This document shows, piece after piece, positions 56,685 to 64,000 of a stretch of DNA of 64,000 nucleotides (position 1 is its first letter; each line of letters opens with the position of its first letter). A model generated the notes under the pieces. It saw only the letters and a program-made list of their open reading frames with translations. It was not told where the DNA came from and did no database searches. A program made the position numbers and the translations under genes. This stretch comes from a virus: positions 9,263 to 73,262 of the IMG/VR virus record IMGVR_UViG_3300032323_003671. One strand, given 5' to 3'.

Positions 56685-57362
56685 TTAAATATTTTTTGGT
56701 TTTTCAATGCGTTCAAACTCGATTACCCATACCCATGGATTGTCATTCCATGACTTATAACCATTAATTGATTTCCATAATGATTTAAATGTATCTGATG
56801 GAATTTTAGTCCAAGAAGTAATAGATTTTGATTCCACAATTTCAAATCCATTTATTTCTTTTTTCCAAAAGATTTCAATCCCTTCTTTTCTTGCATCTGA
56901 ATCTGAAATAGCTTGCAAACGTTCAATTCTTACGTCTCTGATACGAAGCCAAATACGTGCAGCATCTTTTGGCATGTATATAGATGGTTTCCATGAGTAA
57001 TCTTTTGCTTCTAATGTAAATTTTTCATTAGGATTCCACTCAGTACCTTCATACGTAATTGGAAAATCAGCTTTATACAAAATTGGATATCCGCTTTTAT
57101 CAGGAGTTGGATCTGTAAATGTCTCACGCACCCAAAGAATATCACCTCTTTTTCCGTATGGGCATGAAACAATTGGATGAGAGCTTCCACCATCGTGGAA
57201 ATAAAAATGCCAATTGCAACCATCAGTATTAGATGGAGACATTCTAGCATCTGGATTTAGATTAACTTTTTCTAATCCTTTTGTCCTTCTAGTCTGTGTC
57301 TTGTGTCCTGCAAGTATTGCCTGCACCATTTCAGTGCTAAATAAAATTGGTTTTTGTTTCAT
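56685..57362 (-). CDS. ASCH/PUA-like phage protein
   Basis: PILFS..MV.AIL.G.KTQTRR, GD.LWVRET, WKPSI.MP, NPWVWVIEF. Confidence 0.75.
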   Translation of the reverse strand: MKQKPILFSTEMVQAILAGHKTQTRRTKGLEKVNLNPDARMSPSNTDGCNWHFYFHDGGSSHPIVSCPYGKRGDILWVRETFTDPTPDKSGYPILYKADFPITYEGTEWNPNEKFTLEAKDYSWKPSIYMPKDAARIWLRIRDVRIERLQAISDSDARKEGIEIFWKKEINGFEIVESKSITSWTKIPSDTFKSLWKSINGYKSWNDNPWVWVIEFERIEKPKNI

Positions 57363-57385
57363 AATTCTTATTTATTTGTTTGTTT

Positions 57386-57625
57386 TTACTTTCTGGAATA
57401 CAACGATCCAGTTCTATAACCTGTAGCATACGCCTTTATACATTGAGCAGCTATTTTTTTGTAATTAGCATTTCTGGCTTCTTCAAAGTATTTTTTTAAA
57501 TCCTCACTTGAAATAGTAATAACATGATTATTCCGATTGCTTCCCTTGGAACGATGAGATTTAATTTTTGCTTCAAGATCAGTAATTGCGCATGTCTCAA
57601 TTGGCATTTGATTTTTTATAAACAT
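57386..57625 (-). CDS. hypothetical protein
   Basis: 79-aa ORF. Confidence 0.5.
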   Translation of the reverse strand: MFIKNQMPIETCAITDLEAKIKSHRSKGSNRNNHVITISSEDLKKYFEEARNANYKKIAAQCIKAYATGYRTGSLYSRK

Positions 57626-57631
57626 TGCTTT

Positions 57632-57898
57632 TTAATTTTTACTGATGTGGTACTTAATCCATTTGATTCTTGGCTTGATTTTTTTAGGTTTCCAATAAAA
57701 TCCACCTCTCCACTTAATCAAATAACTTTTCAAAATTCCTTTTGGTTTGTTATTTTGAATGTATTGGTCAAGAGTTATATACTCTTCGTATGTTATTTGA
57801 TCATATATATTACAAGATACAACCCATTGGCAAAGACCAGTCGAAAAAAGATGATGATTATCTAGCATTACCTGTAATAATTCTTTAATACTTCTCAT
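57632..57898 (-). CDS. hypothetical protein
   Basis: 88-aa ORF. Confidence 0.6.
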   Translation of the reverse strand: MRSIKELLQVMLDNHHLFSTGLCQWVVSCNIYDQITYEEYITLDQYIQNNKPKGILKSYLIKWRGGFYWKPKKIKPRIKWIKYHISKN

Positions 57899-57916
57899 AT
57901 AATTAATTTTTAGTTA

Positions 57917-58435
57917 TTAATTAACCAATTCTCTACTCAAAATAGATATCGCTTTAGCTGAACAATACATGTCTAATCCCTTTTCAGAATTCGTATTGAC
58001 AAAATTATTTCGCTGTGTATATAACATATCTGTATCATCATCTAGGATTACATATTGATAATCTATACCCAACTTTTTTCTTTTAAAGTTCTTCCCATTT
58101 TCTGAATGAATATGGGTATCAATCCATTGTTGGATCTCAACACCTCTTGGAATAGAAAGATGTATTTTTGAAGACTTATCAATGTAATGATATGCTCGAA
58201 TAGTAACCCCTATGATATCATCAACAAATAAGAAACCTTCTTCTTTCATCTTAGCCTTAGTATCTTCAAGCGTGTGAAGTCTCCATGAAGAACTCAAAAC
58301 AATCTTTGCACCAGTTAGCTTTAGAATTTTTCCAAGTATTTCTTGTTTTTCAGGATTTAACGCCCATTGGCCATCTTTTAGATAATCAGGAGTAGCTACA
58401 ACACCATCGATATCTAGAAAAATTATTTTTATCAT
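57917..58435 (-). CDS. HAD-superfamily protein (HAD_SAK_2-like)
   Basis: IIFLDIDGV, IVLSSSWR, RG.EI..W, YVILDDD; start MIKIIF at 58435 preferred. Confidence 0.85.
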   Translation of the reverse strand: MIKIIFLDIDGVVATPDYLKDGQWALNPEKQEILGKILKLTGAKIVLSSSWRLHTLEDTKAKMKEEGFLFVDDIIGVTIRAYHYIDKSSKIHLSIPRGVEIQQWIDTHIHSENGKNFKRKKLGIDYQYVILDDDTDMLYTQRNNFVNTNSEKGLDMYCSAKAISILSRELVN

Positions 58436-58436
58436 A

Positions 58437-58808
58437 TTATTGAAATTTAACTTTTGCAAAAGATTTTTTCCAGCCAAGAACACTGCAAGAATGAAAGAAA
58501 TCATTATTTGGAAGTAAGAATAAATCTTCATTCGACATGTAGACACCTGTATGATAAGTGTAATGATCAGTAATAAAATCACATATCTGTAAATGTGGTG
58601 GCTTTTGTTTTTCAATCAAAGTATAACCTGGTTCTGATACAAAATCAGCTTTAGGAAAATCATTTGGAGCAGGAATTGAAGTTAGATTTTCTACTCTTTG
58701 ATCATTAACTACTTCATTCAATTTTTCCACCATTCTACTCATGGTTATCTTTTCATCAATCAATTCTTTAAAGAACTTACGAAAATCTGCCACTTTTATT
58801 TTTGCCAT
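58437..58808 (-). CDS. hypothetical protein
   Basis: 123-aa ORF. Confidence 0.6.
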   Translation of the reverse strand: MAKIKVADFRKFFKELIDEKITMSRMVEKLNEVVNDQRVENLTSIPAPNDFPKADFVSEPGYTLIEKQKPPHLQICDFITDHYTYHTGVYMSNEDLFLLPNNDFFHSCSVLGWKKSFAKVKFQ

Positions 58809-58813
58809 TGCTA

Positions 58814-59242
58814 TTATTTTTTAAAGGTTAATTCTTCTGCTACCAATGAAAAGTACAGATTTTGAAGTTGGTGAACGTATTCAATTTTACAAGTAATAAT
58901 ATCTCCAACTTCACAATTACCATCAGAGTATAAAACAATTGCATAATCATTATCTCCTACTGATAACCTATGTGAATTAAAGTTGTCCCATTCAGTTTTC
59001 TCAAACCCAAACTTGAACTTCCATTCTTCGGTTAGTTGGATTGGCTTAATAAATTCATTAAATTGTGAAATTTCCCAACAATTTTTGGGATCGGTAAAAC
59101 TAATGACTGAATTAGAATTAGGAAATAAAGGTTCATCCCTAAGTTTTATTCCAATTATCTTCAAAGGAATATCTTTTAAATCAGAAAAGAAGGGATTATC
59201 TACATTAACAAGATTCCCGATTCTCAATTCACTTGCTTTCAT
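58814..59242 (-). CDS. MKASELR-family protein, copy 2
   Basis: Same three conserved blocks as 55428. Confidence 0.75.
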   Translation of the reverse strand: MKASELRIGNLVNVDNPFFSDLKDIPLKIIGIKLRDEPLFPNSNSVISFTDPKNCWEISQFNEFIKPIQLTEEWKFKFGFEKTEWDNFNSHRLSVGDNDYAIVLYSDGNCEVGDIITCKIEYVHQLQNLYFSLVAEELTFKK

Positions 59243-59269
59243 TGCTCTTCTTATTAAAATGTTTAATTA

Positions 59270-59866
59270 TCAAATACTTTCGCAACACTCACGACTACAA
59301 TCTTTGCAACAATGACAAGTAACATGTTCTTCATTTATTTCTAATTGGTAAGGACATTCCGATTCTTCAACACCTTCAGAATTACCGCATTTTTCACACT
59401 TTAATGTTTCATTTGTTTCATCAGGTGTCAATTCTTTCCCAGATAATGCAAACCAGATGTTTTGAAGTTGATGAACATAGTTGATTCTGTTTAGGTATTG
59501 ATGACAATCTCTATACTCATCCTGACCACATTCTTTATCATGATGTTCAATCCGCCACATATCAAATAAATTTTCCGATTCAGAATATACAGAATAAAAT
59601 AGAGCATACTCAGGTTCAAATTTATCCAATCCTTTTTGTACCCACCTACCTCGCTCATTCTGATAAAAACCTAATTTGAATAACCATGCCTCGGTTAGTG
59701 GAATTGGTTTCCACGATTGGTAATTTTCATGACATTGCTGAAATGAGTCATTTACTTTTGCATAAATCATTTGTCCGACAATGCCATTTACTTTAACTGG
59801 CAACAATTCTTGATTTGGTTCGTACCACCCAATAATGTTATTCATTCTCAATTCACTTGCTTTCAT
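59270..59866 (-). CDS. MKASELR-family protein, copy 3, with Cys-rich C-terminal extension
   Basis: Same blocks plus CxxC...CPY...CHCCKDC tail. Confidence 0.75.
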   Translation of the reverse strand: MKASELRMNNIIGWYEPNQELLPVKVNGIVGQMIYAKVNDSFQQCHENYQSWKPIPLTEAWLFKLGFYQNERGRWVQKGLDKFEPEYALFYSVYSESENLFDMWRIEHHDKECGQDEYRDCHQYLNRINYVHQLQNIWFALSGKELTPDETNETLKCEKCGNSEGVEESECPYQLEINEEHVTCHCCKDCSRECCESI

Positions 59867-60110
59867 TGTTCTTATTTAAAAATAGATTTATAGATTGGTC
59901 GATCTTCTGAATCACATATTTTAATTCATCGACATTATTCATCGCCCATTGCTCTGTTTTTAAAACATAGTAACAACCTTCCGTATTGGATATACCTAAA
60001 TCAGATACACACTCAATAGTCAATGTTTCTATGCCTTGCATTTCATTCGACATGCAATGTTCTTCCTGAGTAAACTCAAAAACAACTTTGTCTAATTTGA
60101 TTTCACTCAT
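59853..60110 (-). CDS. hypothetical protein
   Basis: 85-aa ORF. Confidence 0.6.
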   Translation of the reverse strand: MSEIKLDKVVFEFTQEEHCMSNEMQGIETLTIECVSDLGISNTEGCYYVLKTEQWAMNNVDELKYVIQKIDQSINLFLNKNNESK

Positions 60111-60112
60111 TA

Positions 60113-60451
60113 CTAAAAGAATTTTTCGTTCAATTCTTCATCAGTCAATGGAACAGGTCTTTCTTCCCAAGTAATTGATTTTCCCAAAGCACTTTCAGTG
60201 ATAGTAGGCTTGAAGTACTTATATTTTAATTTAGAAATTCTCTGCCTTTCTAGCCCATCAGCTACTAAGGCTATCATTCCACCAAATGAACCCATTATCA
60301 AGTAAAATCTAATTACTTTCAACTTCTCCTTAAAAGTCCTTTTTTTAAAAGGAATATTAGTTAATTCATGATCTTTAAAAAACCAATTTTTACTTCCTGT
60401 TTCGGTAGTTGAATTATCTTCTGACAATACATATTCTTCACTTGCTTTCAT
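60113..60451 (-). CDS. membrane protein with MKASE start and PVPLTDEE end
   Basis: Retains two blocks of the MKASELR family around an unrelated core. Confidence 0.55.
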   Translation of the reverse strand: MKASEEYVLSEDNSTTETGSKNWFFKDHELTNIPFKKRTFKEKLKVIRFYLIMGSFGGMIALVADGLERQRISKLKYKYFKPTITESALGKSITWEERPVPLTDEELNEKFF

Positions 60452-60467
60452 TTTGTAAGATTTAGAG

Positions 60468-60644
60468 TTAAATAGATTGAGCTATAGCAAAAAGAACTAC
60501 AAAAATCAACACACCAACTACAACCATCGTATAAATTGCAGAGGTTCTATTTCTTTGTTCTTTCTGATAATCTTGGTATTCTTTTTGCGCTTTGCGTTTT
60601 GCCTGGTGTTCAATTGAATTAGGCTTCTTAAAATTACCCTTCAT
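60468..60644 (-). CDS. small tail-anchored protein
   Basis: Start MKGNFKK preferred; C-terminal TM. Confidence 0.55.
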   Translation of the reverse strand: MKGNFKKPNSIEHQAKRKAQKEYQDYQKEQRNRTSAIYTMVVVGVLIFVVLFAIAQSI

Positions 60645-60942
60645 TGTTTTGATTATTAGTGTTGTTGAATCTCTCATCAAAGTTTTCAAGTGCTTTATCA
60701 GCATAATGAGAAGGAGGAAAATTCAGATCAGCTGGACAATTAAGAATTTCTAAGTAAGCAGCTTTCCAAAATTCTTTTCTTTCTTCTTGAATGGCGATTT
60801 TTCTTTGAGCTTCTTTTTCTTTAATTAACCTTTGTCTTTTAGCTTCTCTAATTTTTTGCTTAAAAGAGGTGCGAAAATGAGCATTTATAATAATATCAGC
60901 AATTGCTTTAATTTTTTCTTCTTTTGCTTGTTGTTCAGTCAT
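60634..60942 (-). CDS. hypothetical protein
   Basis: 102-aa helical ORF. Confidence 0.6.
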   Translation of the reverse strand: MTEQQAKEEKIKAIADIIINAHFRTSFKQKIREAKRQRLIKEKEAQRKIAIQEERKEFWKAAYLEILNCPADLNFPPSHYADKALENFDERFNNTNNQNNEG

Positions 60943-60947
60943 GATTT

Positions 60948-61175
60948 CTATTTTTCAAGTTTATGAATTGGATTACTACAATTTCCTTTATGACACATAC
61001 TCATGCTTCTATCATACTGCATAAGAAAGTATTCACAGCCTTCAATTGTAACTACATCAACTTCTTCACCAAAAGTTCCTACTTTATGTTGAGTAGTTTT
61101 ACTATCTACATTTGGCTTATCAATACAAGATGCTAATCCAATTAGCACTATTGGAATTATCAAAATTCTTTTCAT
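60948..61175 (-). CDS. small lipoprotein
   Basis: Signal peptide with LASC lipobox; IEGCEY..HKGNC.NPIH. Confidence 0.7.
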   Translation of the reverse strand: MKRILIIPIVLIGLASCIDKPNVDSKTTQHKVGTFGEEVDVVTIEGCEYFLMQYDRSMSMCHKGNCSNPIHKLEK

Positions 61176-61254
61176 TGTTCTTTGGTTTAAAGTTTTTCAA
61201 TAAGTATGAAAATAAATCCTACAAAGGCAATACAAACAATTCCTGCTATTATTA

Positions 61255-61473
61255 TCATTGTTCTTCGTATTTTTTAATTGCTAATTCATAAAGACGTGCA
61301 ACTGGCATAAGATACATGCATATTGCTACTAAAAACACATAATGTAGAATCTGATCACAGATTTTTTCTGCATCTGACATCGGATATAAATTCCATCCAA
61401 AATATGAGTTGTAAATAACCCAATATAAAAAGTTGAATTGAATAATTGCTTTGGCTAATTTGATTGTTTTCAT
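61255..61473 (-). CDS. small membrane protein
   Basis: Two hydrophobic segments. Confidence 0.55.
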   Translation of the reverse strand: MKTIKLAKAIIQFNFLYWVIYNSYFGWNLYPMSDAEKICDQILHYVFLVAICMYLMPVARLYELAIKKYEEQ

Positions 61474-61814
61474 TGTTCTTGTTGTTTTAATCTGATTACT
61501 GTTGATGGAATTTTTTTAGAATCTTTAAGAATTAAACATCCCTTTTCATCTAATTTTGGACTTTCAAATGTTGCAGAATTTCTTTCGAATTTTTCCATCT
61601 CAATTTCAACTATACATTGATCAGAGTCTGGGTATTCCAAAAATATTTCATAACAGTTTTTATAAGATAGTTTGCCGCCTGCACCATAATTTTTCATCAA
61701 TCCTGATACAATAGGATGTGTATGATAAATATTTCCGTTTAAATATATGTGATAATCATGACCATCAATAGTCTGAAATCCAATTCCTTTTTCTCTAATT
61801 AGTGTCGTCTTCAT
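61470..61814 (-). CDS. hypothetical protein
   Basis: Ends KQQEQ (junction motif). Confidence 0.6.
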   Translation of the reverse strand: MKTTLIREKGIGFQTIDGHDYHIYLNGNIYHTHPIVSGLMKNYGAGGKLSYKNCYEIFLEYPDSDQCIVEIEMEKFERNSATFESPKLDEKGCLILKDSKKIPSTVIRLKQQEQ

Positions 61815-61817
61815 TGT

Positions 61818-62165
61818 TTAAAGGTTAGTTAAATAGTATAATGATAGATAGTTACATACTAAATGAAATGTATTATCTACCGCAAATATTGACCATGGTG
61901 CTAATGGTGGTTGTGCAAAATCACCTTTGCCAGTAACTCTCATAAACCACATAACAAACTTACTTCGATCAATGGCATAATGTGTTAGATATATGGCAAG
62001 CACTGCAGACCAACTACCAATTAATAAAAATGGTAATGAATAAGTAATGCAATGAACTTGACAAGCCAATTCGCCTTTCCAAGACATAACTTTTTTGTTT
62101 TGTGCCATCCAATCATTCTGGACTAGATAATCACCTACTGCGTGTAATATTAATTGCTCAAACAT
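61818..62165 (-). CDS. DUF3307-like membrane protein
   Basis: H.VGDY.VQNDWMA..K, H..ID, DNTFH. Confidence 0.8.
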   Translation of the reverse strand: MFEQLILHAVGDYLVQNDWMAQNKKVMSWKGELACQVHCITYSLPFLLIGSWSAVLAIYLTHYAIDRSKFVMWFMRVTGKGDFAQPPLAPWSIFAVDNTFHLVCNYLSLYYLTNL

Positions 62166-62193
62166 GGTTGATTTTATTTTGATTTGTTAATGA

Positions 62194-62643
62194 TTATAAA
62201 GATTCAAATTCTGATTCTAAAAACTTTATTCTCTCCTCGTTAGCAGCTATGTTTAACTCAGTATGTTTTAAAATAATATCTGCTGGAATGATAATATCAA
62301 CATCACCAAATGAAAGTGTCTTACCAGTTAATCCATTTGGGAATGGTATATCTATAGATTTTTTAATCTTATTAAGATAACTAGAAATAGTTTTTAATTT
62401 GTTATTATAATCCAAAATTGAATCAATCTGTTCTTTGAGATCAATTGCTTTTTGTAAATTTTCTATTTTCATTTGTTCTTCTTTTTTAGGTTTTGTTTTT
62501 GAAACTAGTTCTGAATCCAAAGATTCTAATTTTATGCCTATAAATCCAGCAGTTCGAGTAATTTCATCAGCTAAGGCATTAAGCTGTTCATCGGTCATTT
62601 CTGCTTTGATATGGATTTCTGTGTAGTATTTACAGTCGCTCAT
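62194..62643 (-). CDS. hypothetical protein
   Basis: Start MSDCKY at 62643 preferred (junction motif). Confidence 0.55.
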   Translation of the reverse strand: MSDCKYYTEIHIKAEMTDEQLNALADEITRTAGFIGIKLESLDSELVSKTKPKKEEQMKIENLQKAIDLKEQIDSILDYNNKLKTISSYLNKIKKSIDIPFPNGLTGKTLSFGDVDIIIPADIILKHTELNIAANEERIKFLESEFESL

Positions 62644-62656
62644 TGTTCTTATTTTT

Positions 62657-63322
62657 TTAAAATAAATACTTACCGACCCATTCAGTTCTACCTTCTGAGT
62701 TGGTGGTTGTTTTTGGAACAATAGAGTTACCATTCAGAAATCCTTTTCCTCTTTCTCTTATCTCGTCTATATCAAGGTATCTAGGCTCGCACTCAAAAGC
62801 AATAGGTAGTTTTTGTTGGTTGAGTGAAAGTTTTATTTGTTCCTCTGAATACTCAAAATAATAATTAGGACAGCCAGGAGAATAATAACCAATATTTCCC
62901 TCTTTAGCCATTTGAATAGCGTTTATCAAATCTTCCTCAGTGTACTTGTAGGTTTCTTTAGCTTTGTTATAGCCATCTTTGAAACCCACACAAGCACCTC
63001 CATAAATTCCAATTTTAGAGTTCAAATCATAGCTTCTTGGTTCTATGTCAATCTTAACCACAGATTGTACATATTCATCAGCCAACTTTTCTACTTGCTG
63101 ATCTTTCAATTCTGGCAACACATCCACACCATCAAGATATGGTGATCCGTTTAATGGTAGGTGAGCTAGTACCTTAAACTGGTTATCATCATCTTGGTAT
63201 ATACCTGCTGTTATTTTATTTATATTTTTATTAAAGATGGTATCATTACCACTTTGTTCTCTTATCTCTTCATTACTCACAACAAGTAGATAGTCATCTG
63301 TTTTAATTAGTTCGTGTTTCAT
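62657..63322 (-). CDS. phage hypothetical protein
   Basis: 221-aa ORF. Confidence 0.65.
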   Translation of the reverse strand: MKHELIKTDDYLLVVSNEEIREQSGNDTIFNKNINKITAGIYQDDDNQFKVLAHLPLNGSPYLDGVDVLPELKDQQVEKLADEYVQSVVKIDIEPRSYDLNSKIGIYGGACVGFKDGYNKAKETYKYTEEDLINAIQMAKEGNIGYYSPGCPNYYFEYSEEQIKLSLNQQKLPIAFECEPRYLDIDEIRERGKGFLNGNSIVPKTTTNSEGRTEWVGKYLF

Positions 63323-63334
63323 TGTTCTTTTTGT

Positions 63335-63751
63335 TTAAAATGCGTATGGGCCATCCCATTCTGGTATGTTTGGTTGTCGTTGTTTAATTTCTACAATCTC
63401 AATCAGTTTGTCAAGAGCGAAAAGTTCTGCCACTTCGTAGGTTTTGTAGTCTTCTTCTCTTGCATCGTTAACCGCTATTTTATTAATCGTTATTACAAAA
63501 TCAGTTTGACAAGCTGTTGAATACATGATTGAAACAAATAATTTGTGTTCCTCTATAAACCATCTAAATGCTTGTGAGAAGGTTGGTGCTGAAATATAAC
63601 GACCCAATTCAAATTCTGAGTTGTATTTTCTTGGCGCTGAATAGTCATTTGAGAAATTACCATAAGCAGTATAGTATGATATACAAGGTTCATCAAATCC
63701 GAGTTCTCTGAGTTTAACCGCCCTCTCATAAGGAAGAAATTCTTTTTTCAT
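63335..63751 (-). CDS. phage hypothetical protein
   Basis: A.KL.ELGFDEPC, SAPTFSQAFRWF, TYE.AE..AL pattern. Confidence 0.65.
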   Translation of the reverse strand: MKKEFLPYERAVKLRELGFDEPCISYYTAYGNFSNDYSAPRKYNSEFELGRYISAPTFSQAFRWFIEEHKLFVSIMYSTACQTDFVITINKIAVNDAREEDYKTYEVAELFALDKLIEIVEIKQRQPNIPEWDGPYAF

Positions 63752-63909
63752 TATACCTATTTATTTGAATCAAAAATACAACAAAAACAAATACAAACGA
63801 ACAATATTGAACAATAAAAGAAAAAATATTTTTTTTCTAGAACAAATTCTAATCAGGTGAGGATCAACCCATAAACACCAGAAAGAAAAAAATAATAGAA
63901 AACAAAATC

Positions 63910-63972
63910 AATCCGAAGGATGAGGATTGAAAGAGAAAAAATAAAAAGATAAATCCGAAGAATGAGGATTGA
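63910..63972 (+). repeat. 21-bp direct repeat AATCCGAAG(G/A)ATGAGGATTGA x2 in an A-rich non-coding region
   Basis: Copies at 63910-63930 and 63952-63972. Confidence 0.75.
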
Positions 63973-64000
63973 TCAAGAAAAGAAAGCAAAAGAAAGGAAA

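Noticed and set aside
58436-58615. Hydrophobic N-terminal extension of the HAD protein
   Set aside because: It overlaps ORF 58437..58808 in another frame; the HAD motif begins right after ATG 58435
53780-63340. CRISPR array or integron attC cassette array
   Set aside because: Repeats are short, degenerate, non-palindromic and separated by whole genes; no cas or integron integrase seen
1-64000. Alternative genetic code or crAss-like phage
   Set aside because: Standard code gives dense, long ORFs with TAA/TAG/TGA all used as stops; no crAss-type RNAP, portal or terminase recognised
1-64000. Eukaryotic large DNA virus
   Set aside because: Peptidoglycan hydrolases, holin/spanin-like genes, tmRNA, Bacteroidota promoters and overlapping operonic genes indicate a bacterial host

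Overview
AT-rich, gene-dense segment of a virus genome. The host is almost certainly Bacteroidota: TAnnTTTG promoters recur, and DUF4494/DUF3127-like genes and a Bacteroidota-type RNAP alpha-CTD are present. Layout: (i) 1-7.7 kb, + strand early/accessory genes (DnaA-domain-IV-like protein, Acb2/Tad1-like protein, two DNA methyltransferases, RusA); (ii) 7.66-9.8 kb, - strand, a circularly permuted two-piece tmRNA plus three cell-wall proteins; (iii) 9.9-21.6 kb, large modular 'polyvalent' proteins whose domains are delimited by a recurrent [FMY]xxGG motif; (iv) 21.6-49.5 kb, a virion module with an FtsK/HerA/A32-type packaging ATPase, a candidate beta-rich major capsid protein with two paralogs, more than 20 small membrane-anchored proteins carrying a second recurrent S-[NAE]-[AFM]-x-G motif, an HExxH metalloprotease, fibre/spike proteins, glycosyl- and sulfotransferases and lysis genes; (v) 49.5-64 kb, - strand accessory genes (APS kinase, nucleotidyltransferase, HNH, HAD, paralogous MKASELR family) joined by a repeated junction motif. 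I recognise no terminase, portal, HK97 capsid, tail or integrase gene in the window. The best reading is a large tailless, membrane-containing dsDNA bacteriophage that may mature by polyprotein/propeptide cleavage. All protein family calls are from motif recognition by eye, not database searches.
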